A stretch of DNA of 61,376 nt, taken from Candidatus Muiribacteriota bacterium (lineage in GTDB: Bacteria > Muiribacteriota > Muiribacteriia > Muiribacteriales > Muiribacteriaceae). The notes under the pieces are model-generated. The model was not told where the DNA came from. It worked only from the letters and a program-made list of their open reading frames with translations, and did no database searches. Below are positions 60,456 through 61,376 of the stretch, piece after piece. A program made the position numbers and the translations under genes. Position 1 is the stretch's first letter. Each line of letters starts with the position of its first letter. Location: positions 1-61,376 of the forward strand of contig JBNJGP010000004.1 in the NCBI GenBank assembly GCA_051747805.1, given 5' to 3'.

Positions 60456-60524
60456 AGTAAAAAGCTTTCAGCTTAGTAAAATCACCTAAAGGTGATAGTA
60501 AAGTTATCTAACGATAACAGTAAA
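60456..60524. repeat. Array of three mini-hairpins separated by four AGTAAA spacers
   Basis: AGTAAA-AAGC tttca GCTT-AGTAAA-ATCACC taaa GGTGAT-AGTAAA-GTTATC taac GATAAC-AGTAAA. Confidence 0.75.
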
Positions 60525-60580
60525 GTAAATTAAAATTTATATTTTTTGCTAAATTCAAGTAAGAATTTGAAAAAATTCTG

Positions 60581-60763
60581 GTCACTAAAGAAAACTGAAA
60601 GTTTTCTTGGTCACCGCCTTAAGTAGTTACCGGTAAAACTTTAGATTTAACCTAGCATAGACGATTAGAATTTAAGAGCAAGTGACCGAAAAAACACTAA
60701 GTTTTTTCTAGTGACCACTCACAATAGCTCGTTAGTGACCAAACCCTGGTGGGTTTTAGTGAT
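60581..60763. repeat. Three fixed-flank palindromes (family A, copies 2-4)
   Basis: 60581-60614 forward; 60682-60715 and 60735-60763 reverse; each with a different perfect stem. Confidence 0.8.
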
Positions 60764-60792
60764 GATAAAAACGTGTTAAAATATAAAAAAGA

Positions 60793-60819
60793 TGTTATAC
60801 CAGGCTTGACCCGGTATCT
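60793..60819. repeat. REP-like palindrome
   Basis: TGTT-ATACCAGG-CTTGA-CCCGGTAT-CT. Confidence 0.5.
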
Positions 60820-60898
60820 AAGCTTTTGATTTAGACTTGTTTCAACAGGAAACAATAACTTAAAATTCTTTTATAGAATTTTAAAGAGAGGACTAAAT

Positions 60899-61376
60899 AT
60901 GCAAACAGCTATACAAAACGAAACAGAAACAATATATTCAAACCAAAAAATTAAAATTACACATGAAAACTTTCAGATAAAATATTATGAAAATAACGAA
61001 CTAAAAACAACCACCGAAAAAAAATACTATACAGATGTAAAAATAATATATGATGAAACTAAAGAAAAATATTATCTGTTAGACACAGAAAACAGCTGTA
61101 TAGATATATATACAAAAGAACATTTCACATATATGAAATCAGAAGGCAGAAAAGTTTACTGGGAAGAATTTTTAAAACATTTAAAACTACAGTATTTTGA
61201 AAACAAAAGTTATGCAGAAGATTTTAAAAAAATAAAACTTTTTTATCCAATGGATTTTATTTTAAAAGAAAATGCTTTTTATATATGGGATACAAGAAAC
61301 TTTCGAATAGTTAAAATTGAAACAGAAAATTTCACAGAAGAAAGCTTTTTATACCTTGAAAAAGAAGTTAATAAAG
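60899..61376 (+). CDS. Partial ORF running off the window, with NHL-repeat-like motifs
   Basis: GAGG RBS; manual translation open to the window end; YLLDTENSCIDIY and LFYPMDF...FYIWDTRNFRIVK. Confidence 0.6.
   Translation, partial: MQTAIQNETETIYSNQKIKITHENFQIKYYENNELKTTTEKKYYTDVKIIYDETKEKYYLLDTENSCIDIYTKEHFTYMKSEGRKVYWEEFLKHLKLQYFENKSYAEDFKKIKLFYPMDFILKENAFYIWDTRNFRIVKIETENFTEESFLYLEKEVNK

Overview
A 61.4-kb, AT-rich chromosomal window from an anaerobic, probably diderm bacterium using the standard code (TGA ends known genes). The protein style suggests a poorly characterised candidate-phylum lineage, which is inference only. Housekeeping blocks are yciH/SUI1, murI-rph-rdgB, tig-clpP-clpX, nth, glnA, arcC, alaS-ruvX-U32-yjbQ and comM. 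The oxidative ornithine (Stickland-type) pathway is complete but split: ord-ortA-ortB-oraS-oraE at 12.9-18.2 kb, and a GlmL-like reactivase plus ornithine racemase at 57.9-60.4 kb. The envelope content comprises three tandem secreted proteins with about 25 Big_5 Ig-like repeats (one ending in an OmpM-like SLH/coiled-coil), a pseudopilin-PilB-PilMNOP cluster, scattered pilin-like genes and a degenerate PilT-like protein. The unannotated signal is intergenic: (i) a sigma54 promoter, hairpin, CUCCC motifs and terminator defining a candidate sRNA of about 95 nt between rdgB and tig; (ii) three MITE copies of 127, 357 and 32 bp with shared TIRs and perfect 9-bp target duplications; (iii) a palindrome family with fixed asymmetric flanks (GTCACTA...GGTCAC) around four different perfect stems, plus an AGTAAA-spaced hairpin array; (iv) heptamer/decamer repeats bracketing the ornithine operon. 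I found no rRNA, tRNA, CRISPR array, prophage or transposase gene.
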